DNA of 64,000 nucleotides from Zygnema circumcarinatum SAG 698-1b. Taxonomy: Eukaryota > Plantae > Zygnematophyceae. Shown piece by piece: positions 52,126 to 64,000 of this stretch. The stretch covers positions 1,211,361 through 1,275,360 of the forward strand of contig CM074805.1 in the NCBI GenBank assembly GCA_037447605.1, given 5' to 3'. The position numbers and the translations under genes were made by a program. Every line of letters begins with the position of its first letter. The first letter of the stretch is position 1. Below the pieces are notes generated by a model. That model had not been told where the DNA came from and did no database searches. It saw only the letters and a list, made by a program, of their open reading frames with translations.

Positions 52126-53570
52126 GATGTCTCCACCAGCTGCTCCTAACTCCGCTGCTTTCGCCGCTCCAAGAGCCTGCAAGTCGAGCGCCTTCCTTTC
52201 CACTCCCCCCTTTTTCTCCTACGTTTCCAAGTCCTGAGCTTTGATAGCCTTCCTTCCGTCCGGGCGGCCCCGTCCCTTCAAATATCCGGGAGGCCTGCCA
52301 GCGTGGCGCCCGGAGGACCTTCTGGATAAGCCCAAAAGCGCCACCTTTTTCGAAAAAGCCAATCTGACCAATGGCGTATTGCCAGGTGGGACGAGGCACG
52401 TGTAAAATGCCATGGTGGAAAGGTTTGTCAAATGCCTTTTTGTAGCTGGCGGCCTTGGTATGACGTGGTGCGTTGAAAGCCGTTGATTCCGTCCAATGGA
52501 CTCAGAAGAACCGTCCGATTATGGACGGACGAGTTTTGGCAAATATCTGGTCGCCGTTGAACAGTACTTTCGCACGTGCAGAGTCGTTGCCCCCGGGAAG
52601 GCACGGGAACAGTTTGGGCGTGTCTCGATCTGTGTGATCCAGTTATAGTTCCAGTAACGGCGGCAGTAGAGCGTCAAAATTAACGCTTCATTTCGCATGG
52701 AAACGCACTGAAGTTCAAGCAGGATGCCACGTCGGCTGGGAGCCCTTTGAGCAGGAGCAGGAGCAGGAGGATCGCAATTCGCAAAAAGGGGCCGCGGCGT
52801 GTTGCGCGTCACGTCATGACACGTCACGTCACGGCCCGGGCGGAGGCGAAGCTGCGCCGCGTCGCGACAAACTGAAAGTGAGGGCCGCCCTCTGGTCGTG
52901 GTGCGGTTAACTTTAATTTGAACATTTGCCAACCAACCACGGCTCACCGTGTGATGACGCGATTTTCGCCATTGCACGCCCTACTACTTGCCGGCGCCTC
53001 GTTTGGGTGCGAACAAAATCGGGCGAAGAAGTGCCGTACTGTATTCAGAAACCGCGCGGGTCAATCTTCGCAACATTTAAGACCCGTTGACGTAGCACAG
53101 TTGACTTCGGGTCGGTTTGGTTTTAGGTTCGGGAACGCGATGAATTTTAGTACTTCACCTCGGTTTCAGTATTACTAAAAACTCGATATTCGTAACATTC
53201 TGTGATGTCTGACACGCTCTAGTAACAAAAATTTCATGCACTCCAAACCATGAAGAGAAAGTTCATGGTGGCATTTATTTAGTCAGAATTTTCTTTACAA
53301 AAAAAAGGAGTGCATCGTCCTGAAACCTATGAAATCCCACTGCTGTAGTCCCTGGCTACGATAGCCTCGTTAAGATAGATATACAATATATATCAGCTGA
53401 AAAACGAAATCGCCAATATAAAATAACTAGTCAAACTGTAGAAAGAGTAACGATTTAAGTACTGAACTTTGAAGCTTAAATTGCTTCAGTAAAAGAATAT
53501 GTAAAGACACCCCATCAACACCTTTGCCAAAACGAGCCGAGAGCTTTTGGGACAAACTTCAGTATGGTGG

Positions 53571-56500
53571 TCAGGACCCGCAGAACTGCAAGCACAGGGC
53601 CGACAGATCGCTCGCATTTGAAGCGATGGGGTGCGATGTCCCGTTGGCGCAAATCATGTCTCGGCTCCCGTCGGCGTTAGTCAGCAGCTGCGTGGAAACG
53701 GCACAGATGGTCAGTCATTCTGAACTAAGAGGGTGCAGGAGAGAGGCCAGCGGCTGCTAACCACACTCATAACGTAGAGAATCTCCCGCGGTCATCTCAT
53801 TATGACCAAGCGTGGGACAAGCACGTTATGCAGATGAGCCAAAGCAGGCTCATTCACTAGATGCGCGAATGGCCCAAGAGCTGCTGGTAGTGTTCACGAC
53901 AAAGTACAGCTTGCCATCTGGAGGCTAGTCTTTTTGTGTCAGAGGCAGGTTCAAGGAGAGGGAAAGATGACAATAACCTTACGAGCCGGCGGCACCGGAA
54001 AGAACATTTGTAACATGGAAAAATGAGAAGAGGGAGAGGGCCTCACCCGGCACTGAATGCTGTCTCCAGGACTGCTGCTTGAGCATTCCCATAGCGACGT
54101 GGGGACGCAGCTGAGGTAGTGGCACCAGCTGCAGCCCTCGTTTGCATCCACACCTGAAAACAGCGCCGCGATGGCAGCCACATACCTGCAGCAACCCACT
54201 CACACTCCCAGCCCACTCTTTTCAGCCCCTCCGGAACAAAAGCTTTCTGCTGTATCAGAGGAGCCTGGCAACCTCGCATTTCTATGTAAACAGAGTTTCC
54301 CGCCAGTCAGTGAGTAGAAGAATTTGATCGTGAGGAAAGTTGACTGAGGGAGGCGATGGGACGAGACATAGACGTATGAGTAGCTGGAAAAGGAACAGGA
54401 AGCAAAGTTGGCAGCTTCTTATTGACTCCCATGCAAACACGCCAACTGCACTGAAAGTCTAATTCGCGGTATCTGAGCACAAGCCACACCACCAGGTTAA
54501 CAATCGTGTGCCCTTACCCCGCGAGAAACAGTAAGAGTGCCACTATCCGAGTAATGTTCTGGCAGGGGCTGTATTTCCTCCTCTGCTCTGACAACGAATA
54601 CATGACCGGATTGTCTCGCAGCTGCTCCCAGTCCTGCTGCGGCTGCACGAGCAGGACCAGCCCGAGCAGCACGCCTGCCGCGAAACCGCCGAGATGGGCA
54701 AAATTGTCCACATAGGGCATGAGGCCGAGCATGAGGTTGACTGCGATGATGAGCAGGAGGGAGAACAAGGCTGCGACCTACACGCAGCGGTACACAAAGC
54801 AACAAACAACGATTGGAAAGGATGCTGGGGGAAAGGACAAGGGTAGTAGAAGCTGACAGGGAACATATAAGTTTAAAACACTACGGGTACTACAGGAAAA
54901 AGGAGAGTAAATCGTGTAGAGGAAGGGTGGAATAAGAAAGGAGGAGTAAGGCCTGACATGCATGTCTTCAAGGACACATGCAAGCTAAGACAAGCAGAGT
55001 CTTGTCGCGGGAAGTTTTCTTCACGGCATGGAGCTGAATGATATGACAATTGTGGCTTATTGTTGGCGTGCAGGTCTTAATGGTATGTAATTACTGCATG
55101 TGTTATGCCTATGTCCCCATTCCTAGTGTTGAGAAAACCTGCTTCAAAATAGCAGGAAAATTAATAGGTCTTGGACACTTACCCTATTCGTATATCGGTT
55201 CCAGTTGATGATGAGTTCAGACAACGTCGCACCCAAAAGACCAAAAAGAGCGCCTGAAGCTCCAACTGAAATTTGGTTCAGAAGAAACAAGGCTGACAAG
55301 AGGCTGCCAGCAAAACCTGAAAGTAGATATATAGCTCCAATTTTCCCTGCAGGGCATCACAGACAGCATTCGTGAGGGTGTCAGCCTAGAATACAAACAA
55401 TAGTCAAAGCTGGTTGGCGACAAACAAAGATTAAAATGCCTCTCCCAATATCTCTCAGCAGTCTCAAGTTTCGGCCATGTAAAGATCGTTGAGCCAAAAA
55501 GCTCAGGAGGTTCATATTCACGTGAGCTACTTTTTCCAACCATGGCAGTGTCAGTACTGTCCAAAAAAATCCTAGTCAACAACTTGGAGATCAATGCCTT
55601 CTTCCCTACCACTATTCTGCTCTAAAACATCATGTGTGGTTATACTGTGGAGAAACATAGCAAGTAGACAGTCTCTGAATTGCAGCTATTGGTGACAAAT
55701 GCGGAGAGACTACAACAAGGAGGAAGAATAACTGCTATCCTTGAGAGGAAGCAAAGACAGTTTCGGGTGGTATTACTTCTATGCCAGTCTTTAGAAAGCC
55801 ACTGCAGGATGCTAGATTGAGTTCTTGCAAAATTCTGTCACAGCCGGAGAGTACTGTAACAAAATGCAGACAAGACCGACAGAATAGAATTATCCTTAAA
55901 AAGTAAAAATAAAATGAATTCCTTTTCAATTTATCTCATTAGTGGTTCTTTCCAGCAAATTGAAGGTAGCGGCCTCTCCCTCTTCTCTTGAACACATCTT
56001 CAGGCATGAAGTTCACAACTGGCCGGTTGAAGCCACTTACAAGGACCAAATTCTCGTTCGAGTGGGACCCCAATCCACCAAAGGCCAAGCAGATTCGCAA
56101 GCAAGTGAATGACTCCAGCGTGAAGCCACATGCATGTGACCAGCCTCCACCCCTGTCCACCATGGACAACTCGGTCTGATTCTAAAGCGCCGGTATGAAG
56201 CAACCTGCATGCCAGTAAACACGTCCATGCCACTAACGAAGATTGTGAAGAATTCCAAAGCAAGCTTGCATTTGCATCTTGGTTGTCACAGGTGGGGAAA
56301 AATGGTTATGACAAGAAAAGATGCTCTCTTATTCCTTCATTCCAAAACAACAGAGACATGATACTGTATTTGTTTACATCAAGCATACACACTGTAAACT
56401 GAGGTAACTGAATGTAATAGGCCACGCAAATGCACAAGAATGCACATGACATAGCAGCAGTTTGACTGCAGCAAATAATCAAAACAAGTGAACATGTTTG

Positions 56501-57144
56501 CTAGCGTGAAGCGACAATCGAACTGAAAAAAACAGGACTTACGCTGTAGTTGAAGGTCCAAACAAAGGATTCTCCCTCAAGGGCTGAAAGGAAAGGCGCC
56601 CTAAGAAGCGAAGCACGCATTGTTCGTTTTCTGTCTTCAAGTTCTCTGGGCAGTTATTGACGATCATCTCCACAATGAACATAATCACGCAACCGGACAC
56701 TACCAAGATAGGCAGAACCCAGGCATGTTGGCGAGGTTGAGCTGGGTGCACGAATACATCCGGCATGGGCTCTCGTGGAGGGGACAGTGGCTGTGGGGTA
56801 GAGTACGCCTGACTAGGGTTCGGATACACCTGATTGCGATTGTACAAATGATCATGGTGGCCAAATCCCTGACTGGCTATCACTTGAAAGGCGGGCGGCT
56901 GCGAAGCAGCAGGTGCAGGCTTGTGAGGGCCCGAGTAATCTCCTTGCCAGAACGGATTGTTATCTTGATAGCTTTGCGAGGGCATGTGATGGGCGTGATC
57001 AGCAGAGGACCCGGATGCCCAGCCGTTCGCCGACTGCTCCATCCCTCCATGACTGGAAGCATCTACAGACGAGTCCCTGTAAAGGTCACCCCCATTGTGC
57101 GTGTGCTGCTCCCGTTGAGAAGCATATCCAGAGCTTCTATCCAT
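53571..57144 (-). CDS. Rhomboid-like serine protease, plant RBL1-type secretase
   Basis: [44 protein letters not shown], catalytic [10 protein letters not shown] and [10 protein letters not shown]-terminal Cys cluster [21 protein letters not shown]. Long Gln/Pro-rich N-terminus. Confidence 0.95.
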
Positions 57145-57897
57145 TTTCAAAGTGCTCAGAACCGCGTTATACCTAACGCTTCAGCGAGAGCAGCTCAGAC
57201 GTTTTCGACGCAATGCAAGGCGAAATAACAGGCTGCACTAAGTTCGACCAACCGCTTCCGAACTCAAGCTATGAAAAAACCGAGGCGCCTGCAACAAGCT
57301 CACAGTCCTTTCTAGTCCACGTCCATTTCTGGCTGCGACTCTCGTCTGGCATCGAATTCCGCAGCAGTCAACGAGGCGCCATGGCACGACTTCCCTTGAG
57401 CTTCTTTAGCAGACTCGCCAGTTGCCGACTTCTAGATACGCAATCTTCCGACAGCGGCCGTTTACCAGGCCCAGGGGCGTCCGCCCGCGCAGTTTACTGC
57501 TCTGATTTTCCCCATGTGTGGGTGTCCGCAAAGGGTTACCTTTACGTCCGCTTTAGTATAGAGCGTCCGTGGGGCCGCCCGCACCAACCGCTGCGACCAG
57601 CCGGACATACGCAGTGGCTGAAACGTCCGTCCGTACGCAACTTATGTACGGAACGAACCGAAAGGGCTTTCAATGACCGTGAGATTCACGCGTGCAAGGG
57701 ACGGTCCAGATGTGTTCGGCGGTTTGGATGGGCGGATTTGGACCGTCGATGCTCCGCCGATCCGCGTCGGAATACAAGCAGACAAAAGCGATGTACGGCA
57801 GTAAAACCGACACGAGCGCGCACCGCGCGTGGGATATTTTTATTATTTGTTACATTTTCACTGAGTTCTATTGAAAAAGAGCTTGTAGGAACCTCCA

Positions 57898-57997
57898 GGC
57901 GGCCACCTTCGCGGCTGCTTGAGGGAGGGCTGCGGTGTTGGGTTCGTTTCCGCTCCTAACTCTTTTCTTTAGTCGGCATCGCCATCGTGAGATCAAT
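57898..57997 (+). mobile_element. Short 3' remnant of the same CRE-like family, copy C
   Basis: Shares ACCTTCGCGGCTGCTT, TTTCCGCTCCTA and terminal GCCATCGTGAGATCAAT with copies A/B. Confidence 0.55.
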
Positions 57998-59957
57998 GCC
58001 ACTTCCTCTTTCTTTCATAAAAAGATAAATTCGGTAGGCGATTCCATGGCGGGTAGGCATGCATGCATGCTGCGTGCCCGCATGCGACAAACTTGCGAGG
58101 TTGACCAACGGCTTGCTTTTCTCACTGTACTGTGCTTGCTTGCTCTCACGAGTCCGGCGGTACCGTACGGACGGCAGGCGGGCCTCCGCCTCGCCCGCCC
58201 GCCCGCCCACCCCTGTCGGTGAGCTATTGACCGTAAGGATGTCGGTCGGCGGTCGCGGGCCCGTCAAGAATCTGTCGGCGGGCGGGGCGGGTCCACGGGT
58301 CCAGGATCTCCAGCAGCCCGCCGTACGGTACGGCCTGCCGGCGGGCCTCAAGTCCCCCTTTTGCAGCCGTCGCTCGCACGCGCGCCGCGTGGCGGGCCTG
58401 CCTTCGGCCGCCCGCCGCGGCCGTACGGTTTGATGCGAGCGTCGTACTGACTGATGCCCCTCGCGATAGCGGTCGGATCTGCTTCCATGTTCTTCCGTTC
58501 CGTTCCATTTCATCGCCGTACTTTCAGTGTACGGTTTCGTACGGCAACGGGATGTAGAACAGCGAGAAACGACGTTCCATGCTGCGGCCGCCGTTCCGTC
58601 CCGTCCCGTCCGGTCGCCCGCGGCCCGCGCGAGGGTTCGAGCCGCCCTTCGACTCCGAGTCGGCGCGCGTCACGTCACGCCACCACTCGCGACAAAACGC
58701 CACGTGGCAGGCACGGGTGCGAAAGCAGCGAAAGTGACGGTCGTATCTCGCTCCATATCGCGACCTGTACGGTGGCCACGAGCCAGCGCCACGTGGCGGT
58801 GTCCGCTTGCTCACCGCGGGCGGGCGATCGGGCGGGATTCTGGGGAGATCGGGGAGGGGCGTTGCAGATTCTGTACGGACGGCGGGAGGCAAGCGGAGGC
58901 AGGGCAGGAGATCGAGCGCAGCGCTGTCGGCGCAGAGAATCAGTACTTCCCTGCCAAAGCATCACTCCATGCTCCGGCCCATCTCCACTTTGCCAGGTAC
59001 TTCCTCTTGTCCTGCCCGTGTGGCGTGTGCGCCTGTGAGCTCGCTCGCGTTTTGCGGGTGATTCGCGGTGGAGCCGTAGATCAAAATTCCCATGTGACGT
59101 CACCCATTTTTGGCTGACCGTTGACCCAATTCCACCGATTCCGCGCGATGTTGAAACCAAAATCCCATCCTTAACCATCCATCAGTTCCACCCACAAGGT
59201 GGAACCAAACCTTTTCCTTGTGCAGCCCCCCCCCCTCCCCCCCCCCAACAAAGCCCTCCCTCCCCTCCCCTCCCCTCCCCTCCCTCAAGAGGAGAGGCGA
59301 GGCAGCCACACCTGGTCGCTATGGTACACCCTGAATTTCAATAATCGAGTTTGTCCCAAGAAACATTTATCGTGGCCAATGGCCCTAAAAATGAACACAC
59401 ATTTACTTTTGGCAGGGAATGGACTCTTAACTTATCACCTGGCTCGGCTCTGACACTGAAACCACTAGCACCTGCTTACCCTAGCAAACCCTAATTCGAA
59501 GGCACAAATTTGCCCTAATTTCGACCTCCCGCCGAGCCGTCAATGAATGCGTCGCGCGGCCCCGCCCTCTCTCCTGCAAGGGCGCATGCGACCCCCCCCC
59601 CCCCCCCCTTCTGCCTCGCTCGCCCTCCACAGGTGGTCGGTCACCTTCACGGCCGCATCGGAATGTCTCGACTCCTCTCAACACACGCCTCCCCTCCCTC
59701 CCTCTCTCCCTCCCTCTCTCTCCCTCCCTCCCTCTCTCCATTCCTCCCTCCTCCCTCCCTGCCTGTCATCACTCTCTACACGAGGAGCCATAATCAGACT
59801 ACGGCATCAAACCGGAAAAAAAAGGCCACAAAATGTGCAGTGAGGAGCCAAGAATTCTTTGGAAACGAGTAAAGAAACAGGGCTCCAGCTTCAGCTTCGC
59901 ACAGAACAAAACCTCCTTTGTCCGCATCATTTGTAGCCCCCCAAAAGCAGTGCGAGC

Positions 59958-62900
59958 TTATGCCAGACTTTTTTCTGGCCGTTTTAGATACTTCAATCTA
60001 GGGCCCGCTTCTGTGAGAATATCAGTCAGCTCTTGTATCCTAACCGAAGTGGTCGACTTATCGCGGGCGCATGTGATGCAGTCCGCCTGCTTCAAGCATG
60101 CATGCTTGGTCAGCTTGGCAAACCCTTTCTCTGTCATGCAGTTATCGGTATACTCCGTCCTCTTCAAGTGCAGGTTTTCCCACTCCAAGTACTCAAGGCC
60201 CGAGTGCAGGGCGATGTGGCGGTAAGCATCGTTGTAGAACTTGTAGGGAAAGAGAACCAGTACAGCGCTGCCACGTGGCATGAAGACGATGTTGCTCAGA
60301 GTGGGACTATAGAAGGCGATAAACAAAGCTGTCCGCTGCACACAACAAACGGAGGATTCTCATGAGTCGCTGGTTGACGAGTTTGAAGAGAGCATGAAGA
60401 TAGACATGTCTAAAGACATGTCGATCACTTCACGATGAGGTTAGTTAAACAAGAAAGAAAACCATTGTTTCCAATAACTTCATCCTGACAAAAAAAACTC
60501 GTCCTGATGCAGGTAGAGCATCATCGATGACGCATCATCGCATGCCGATGTATAGCATGGGAATTTGCCCCCCTGTTTCTGCCCTGCTTTGGACCCCAGG
60601 CATCGTATTCTTTCTCACCTGCATCACGCTGATCTGCTCAGCAAGAGTCATTTTCGCCAAATGAGCGAGAACAACTTTCATATCCGGAAACAATCTCTCG
60701 ATGCTTCTCACAACTTCCTTCGTGTTCGACATTCCCTGATTTCCTTCATACACTGTGATCTGACTCGCAGTCCCCCCCATCCCCTTATCTAAAGAGACTC
60801 CCTCCCCCAACTCATCAAAGTCCGCCCCCTGCAAATCGAACCCTTTCGATCCCCCTCCACTTTTTTTCGCCGCCGACTTTCTCGCCATCGCCTTCAGAGC
60901 CGCCCTCTGCCCTCGCAGTCGGAGAAGGTCCGCACTTTGACTCGTAAATCTCGCATTCAAAAAGAATGCTGCATTTTGGAAGCAGATGGGTTTCCCTGTG
61001 AACTGCCCCCCCTTAGCAGAAGTGCTTGAGCCCAAAAGGAGACGGCCCATGGATTTCACCCACTCCGACTGCACCGTTCGATCTCTTGGAAAGAAAAGGG
61101 TGAAGTTGTGATCCTTGCTTGCTACTGAAGGGGAGTTTCTTTCTGGGGTCAAATGTCTTGCTGTCTCAGTAAATCCTACAACATTGATTCCAAACCGAAC
61201 ATCGGAACTTTCTGCTCCTCTCGGTATGACTCCCATTGGCAACGAATCGGGACTGCGAAGGTGCTGAGTTTTTCCAATCCCAGTGCTGTTATCTATGTAT
61301 TTCGCTAAATCTGACCTTCCGATAAACCTCCCATACACTGCAGCTCCTCTATGACTTAAAAAGCTAAGGTCTCCAGAATCAGAACTTGGCGGTTCTACAA
61401 GTTTTGCAGCAGGATAAAAATTGCAGACATCTTTGGAGAGGTCAACTTTTGATAAATCTCGATTCAGACCCGGTGATCTTGCCATTTGAGATGGACTCGA
61501 TTTCTGCTCAGCAAACGCTTTCAAGTCTTTAGACTCGTTTCCTCCCGGGAAATCACGAGCAAACCATACACCTGTGTTCAGACTGTGAAGGTTCGATTTT
61601 CCCTTCAAGTAAAGGTAGCAAACGTCCTGCAACAAGAGCATGCAGCCAAAGTCCGATCGCTGTTGCAGAAGGTACACCCCCGGCTCTGATGAATACTTTT
61701 GAACCACCCAAGTGGAGTTTAATTCCTGAAGAAACTCAGCATTGGACGAGGTCCACTCATGGATGGGTGTAGATGAGCCGCTTCTTAGAGCAGCATCATG
61801 TGCAGAAGTCGAGTTCAAAAACAGCCCTTTTGCCGAACTGTTAAAATTAGAATTTCCAAGAATGCTTGCCGAGGAAACGGATTTGACTTTATTGGAGTGA
61901 CTCCACAGAACGGATTTTTTGGTCAAAGGCTTGACCAAGGAGTCTTTCAGACTAGCAGATCGGGACGAATTCTTTAAACCCCATTTGCTGCCCTTTGCAG
62001 ATACCATCACGTTGGGCAGTCCCCATTTCGAATCCGCCGTTGTAGCCAATAGCTTCGCAAACTTCGCCTGCGCTTTCTTTACAGGAGCAAAAAATCTCGC
62101 CAATGCCCATTCTTCCCTTGTGTCCGACGGGTTAAAACGGGGCAGACTTCGCTCTGTCTGAGAGTGGGAGCCCCATCGTTTAATTTGTGAAGCCCCTCTG
62201 CATTCAATCCATGTTCCAACCCCCACATGTTTTCTACACAAAGTCAGTTGGCTTATAGCATCTATGAGGCAAATGACGATACATGCGAAAGTGTAAGGAT
62301 TTAAACAAGCACAAGAACTAGAATAGTCGAAAAGACTTGATTTTGTGTCGACTCAAAAGTCGAAAGTTTTCCGATTGATAAGAAGGAATGCCTCACAGAA
62401 GGAGTTGTCGACTGCCCAAGTCATGATTCCCCATCGTTGGTGTCCCTATCCCAGAGCCAAAAACGGCCTCCAAAAAGAGAACTGTGCATACTCCATTGAG
62501 TGTCGCAATAGCTGTTGTTGTGTACATGCAAACCCACCAAAGCAGGTAGCCAAGGGATCGTAAGCTCACACAACACAGCTTAGTTAGTCTTCTATTAACT
62601 CATTTTTTATGATAGACTATAAAGGAGGAGGAGAGTGCGCAAACTCTGAAAGGAAAATCAAATAGGGACATTGCAGGCAGAAATCAGCCCCATCGAGCAG
62701 TCGCAATTTTCACGAGCATCAGAGGAGGATCAGCATTTCAAAAACAAAATGAAAACGAGGAGGAGGCAGAGAGAGATGGTCTCACCCGCAACAAATGCGA
62801 GACAGGCCCCATATCGAGACAAGCGAAGTCGGTAGAGCATGTGTCGGACAAGCGGATTCTTCCATATTCTGTGATGGAAAATTTCCTTTAGAGGCTCAGG

Positions 62901-63062
62901 CCCATTTATGTCATCGGAGGGAGGGCCGGGAGTGGCTCCCTTTGCTCCAAACTGCCACCTCACTCCCACCTGTGGACTGACAGGTGCCTTCTTCCTCGAC
63001 CCCTTTAGGGAGGTTGTACGGGAGTCAGAAAGGAAGGGGCGGGGGTCGGAGGCTTGGGACAT
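59958..63062 (-). CDS. Second GT61/DUF563-like glycosyltransferase, type II membrane, divergent active-site motif
   Basis: N-terminal TM assembled across two exons (CLAFVA|AIATLNGVCTVLFLEAVF); long Ser/Lys-rich stem; MSNTKEVVRSI..LAKMTLAEQISVMQ|RTALFIAFYSPTLSNIVFMPRGSAVLVLFPY. Confidence 0.8.
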
Positions 63063-64000
63063 TATGACCGCAGGTTTTAGCAAGAGAGTACGTTATTTTC
63101 GCTGGAAGAAGATGGGCATAGGAGCAAACATGGCTCACATTCCTGAAGGAGCTGAAAACTGCTTTGAAGGCTTTTGGTTAATAGTTACTGGTGAGTGTCA
63201 CGTGCCCTGCTTCTCATTGTGTGAAGTTTCACGATCACCGTTTTAACTCGTGTAGTTCGCTGCAGATTATGTTCTCCGTAGGAAGTGATTGGACACGAGG
63301 GAAAGAGACTTCATACAGCGCCTCACTGGGTACAGGCACGTGCCAATAAGCCAGCTCCGCTTTGTGAGGAATTTGAACGAGAAGCAGTAGAATAAAGGAG
63401 ACCGAGATGCTCTCTGCATGCACCATCAACCACCGGATATCAAAAAGTAGAGGCAAGTTAGTTTACAGCAGATTCACCAGCAGTGCATGTACTCCAGAGT
63501 GTACCCAAAGGTTGCTTCGCAGACAAATGAATTCTAGCTTCCCAGATCAATGCTTCAATTGCTTGCCACCAAGCCAATCATCACTAAAGCCTTTGTTCCA
63601 GAGAAGGCGAAAGATTGTTGATGGCATGAAGCGTGAAACACCCCTCTATAGCCAACTTGTAGGCTGCAATGGACACTCCTCTCGAACAATGTGCGATCAA
63701 GTCTTGCTAAACTGATCACCTATTCCTATATTCCATTCCTAAGTTGACGCTTTTCCACCAGCAATGACTTGGTGAAAAGTAAATCTTTACATCGGGCCGC
63801 TATGCATTCGTCTTGAAAGTAGCTAGTGATCATCAAAACAACTCTAACTAGAACTTGAAATGGCCTCACTTGCTGTCCAAAGAGAGATGAAAGCTTGTGT
63901 AGCCTTCTACAGTACATCCAAAACCCTACAAAATGTATGGGGTAATCAACCCTCTCCCCCTCTCCCCCTTCATGATTAACCAATCATGCTGATTCACAGT

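Noticed and set aside
63235-63983. ORFs at the right edge as another gene
   Set aside because: No recognisable domain or consistent exon chain; may be the 5' UTR/upstream region of the second GT61 gene or a gene truncated by the window edge.

Overview
Gene-dense, intron-rich eukaryotic nuclear DNA. Plant-type gene models (SOQ1, VGT, MEE59-like, RBL rhomboid, plant-type LRR exons) plus the Cys-rich LRR C-terminal module suggest a streptophyte green alga, possibly Zygnematophyceae (inference, not a database result). I reconstructed 11 spliced protein-coding genes by hand: alpha-tubulin, two GT61/DUF563 glycosyltransferases, a mid-SUN protein, a FAM21/WASHC2 homologue, a VGT-type sugar transporter, phosphopantetheine adenylyltransferase, a secreted LRR-EGF-Pro-rich protein, SOQ1, MEE59-like and a rhomboid protease. 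The main finding is the FAM21/WASHC2 gene (14910-22934). Its diagnostic N-terminal exons are absent from the ORF track, and it carries a ~960 bp internal tandem duplication that may add an LFa-motif cassette exon. Upstream intergenic regions hold a mosaic of repeats: CRE-like retrotransposon 3' ends, a ~270 bp dispersed element abutting gene 5' ends, an inverted 20-bp minisatellite and GTAC arrays. No rRNA, tRNA or CRISPR array is supported. Coordinates were counted by hand and exon boundaries are inferred from splice consensus and reading-frame continuity.
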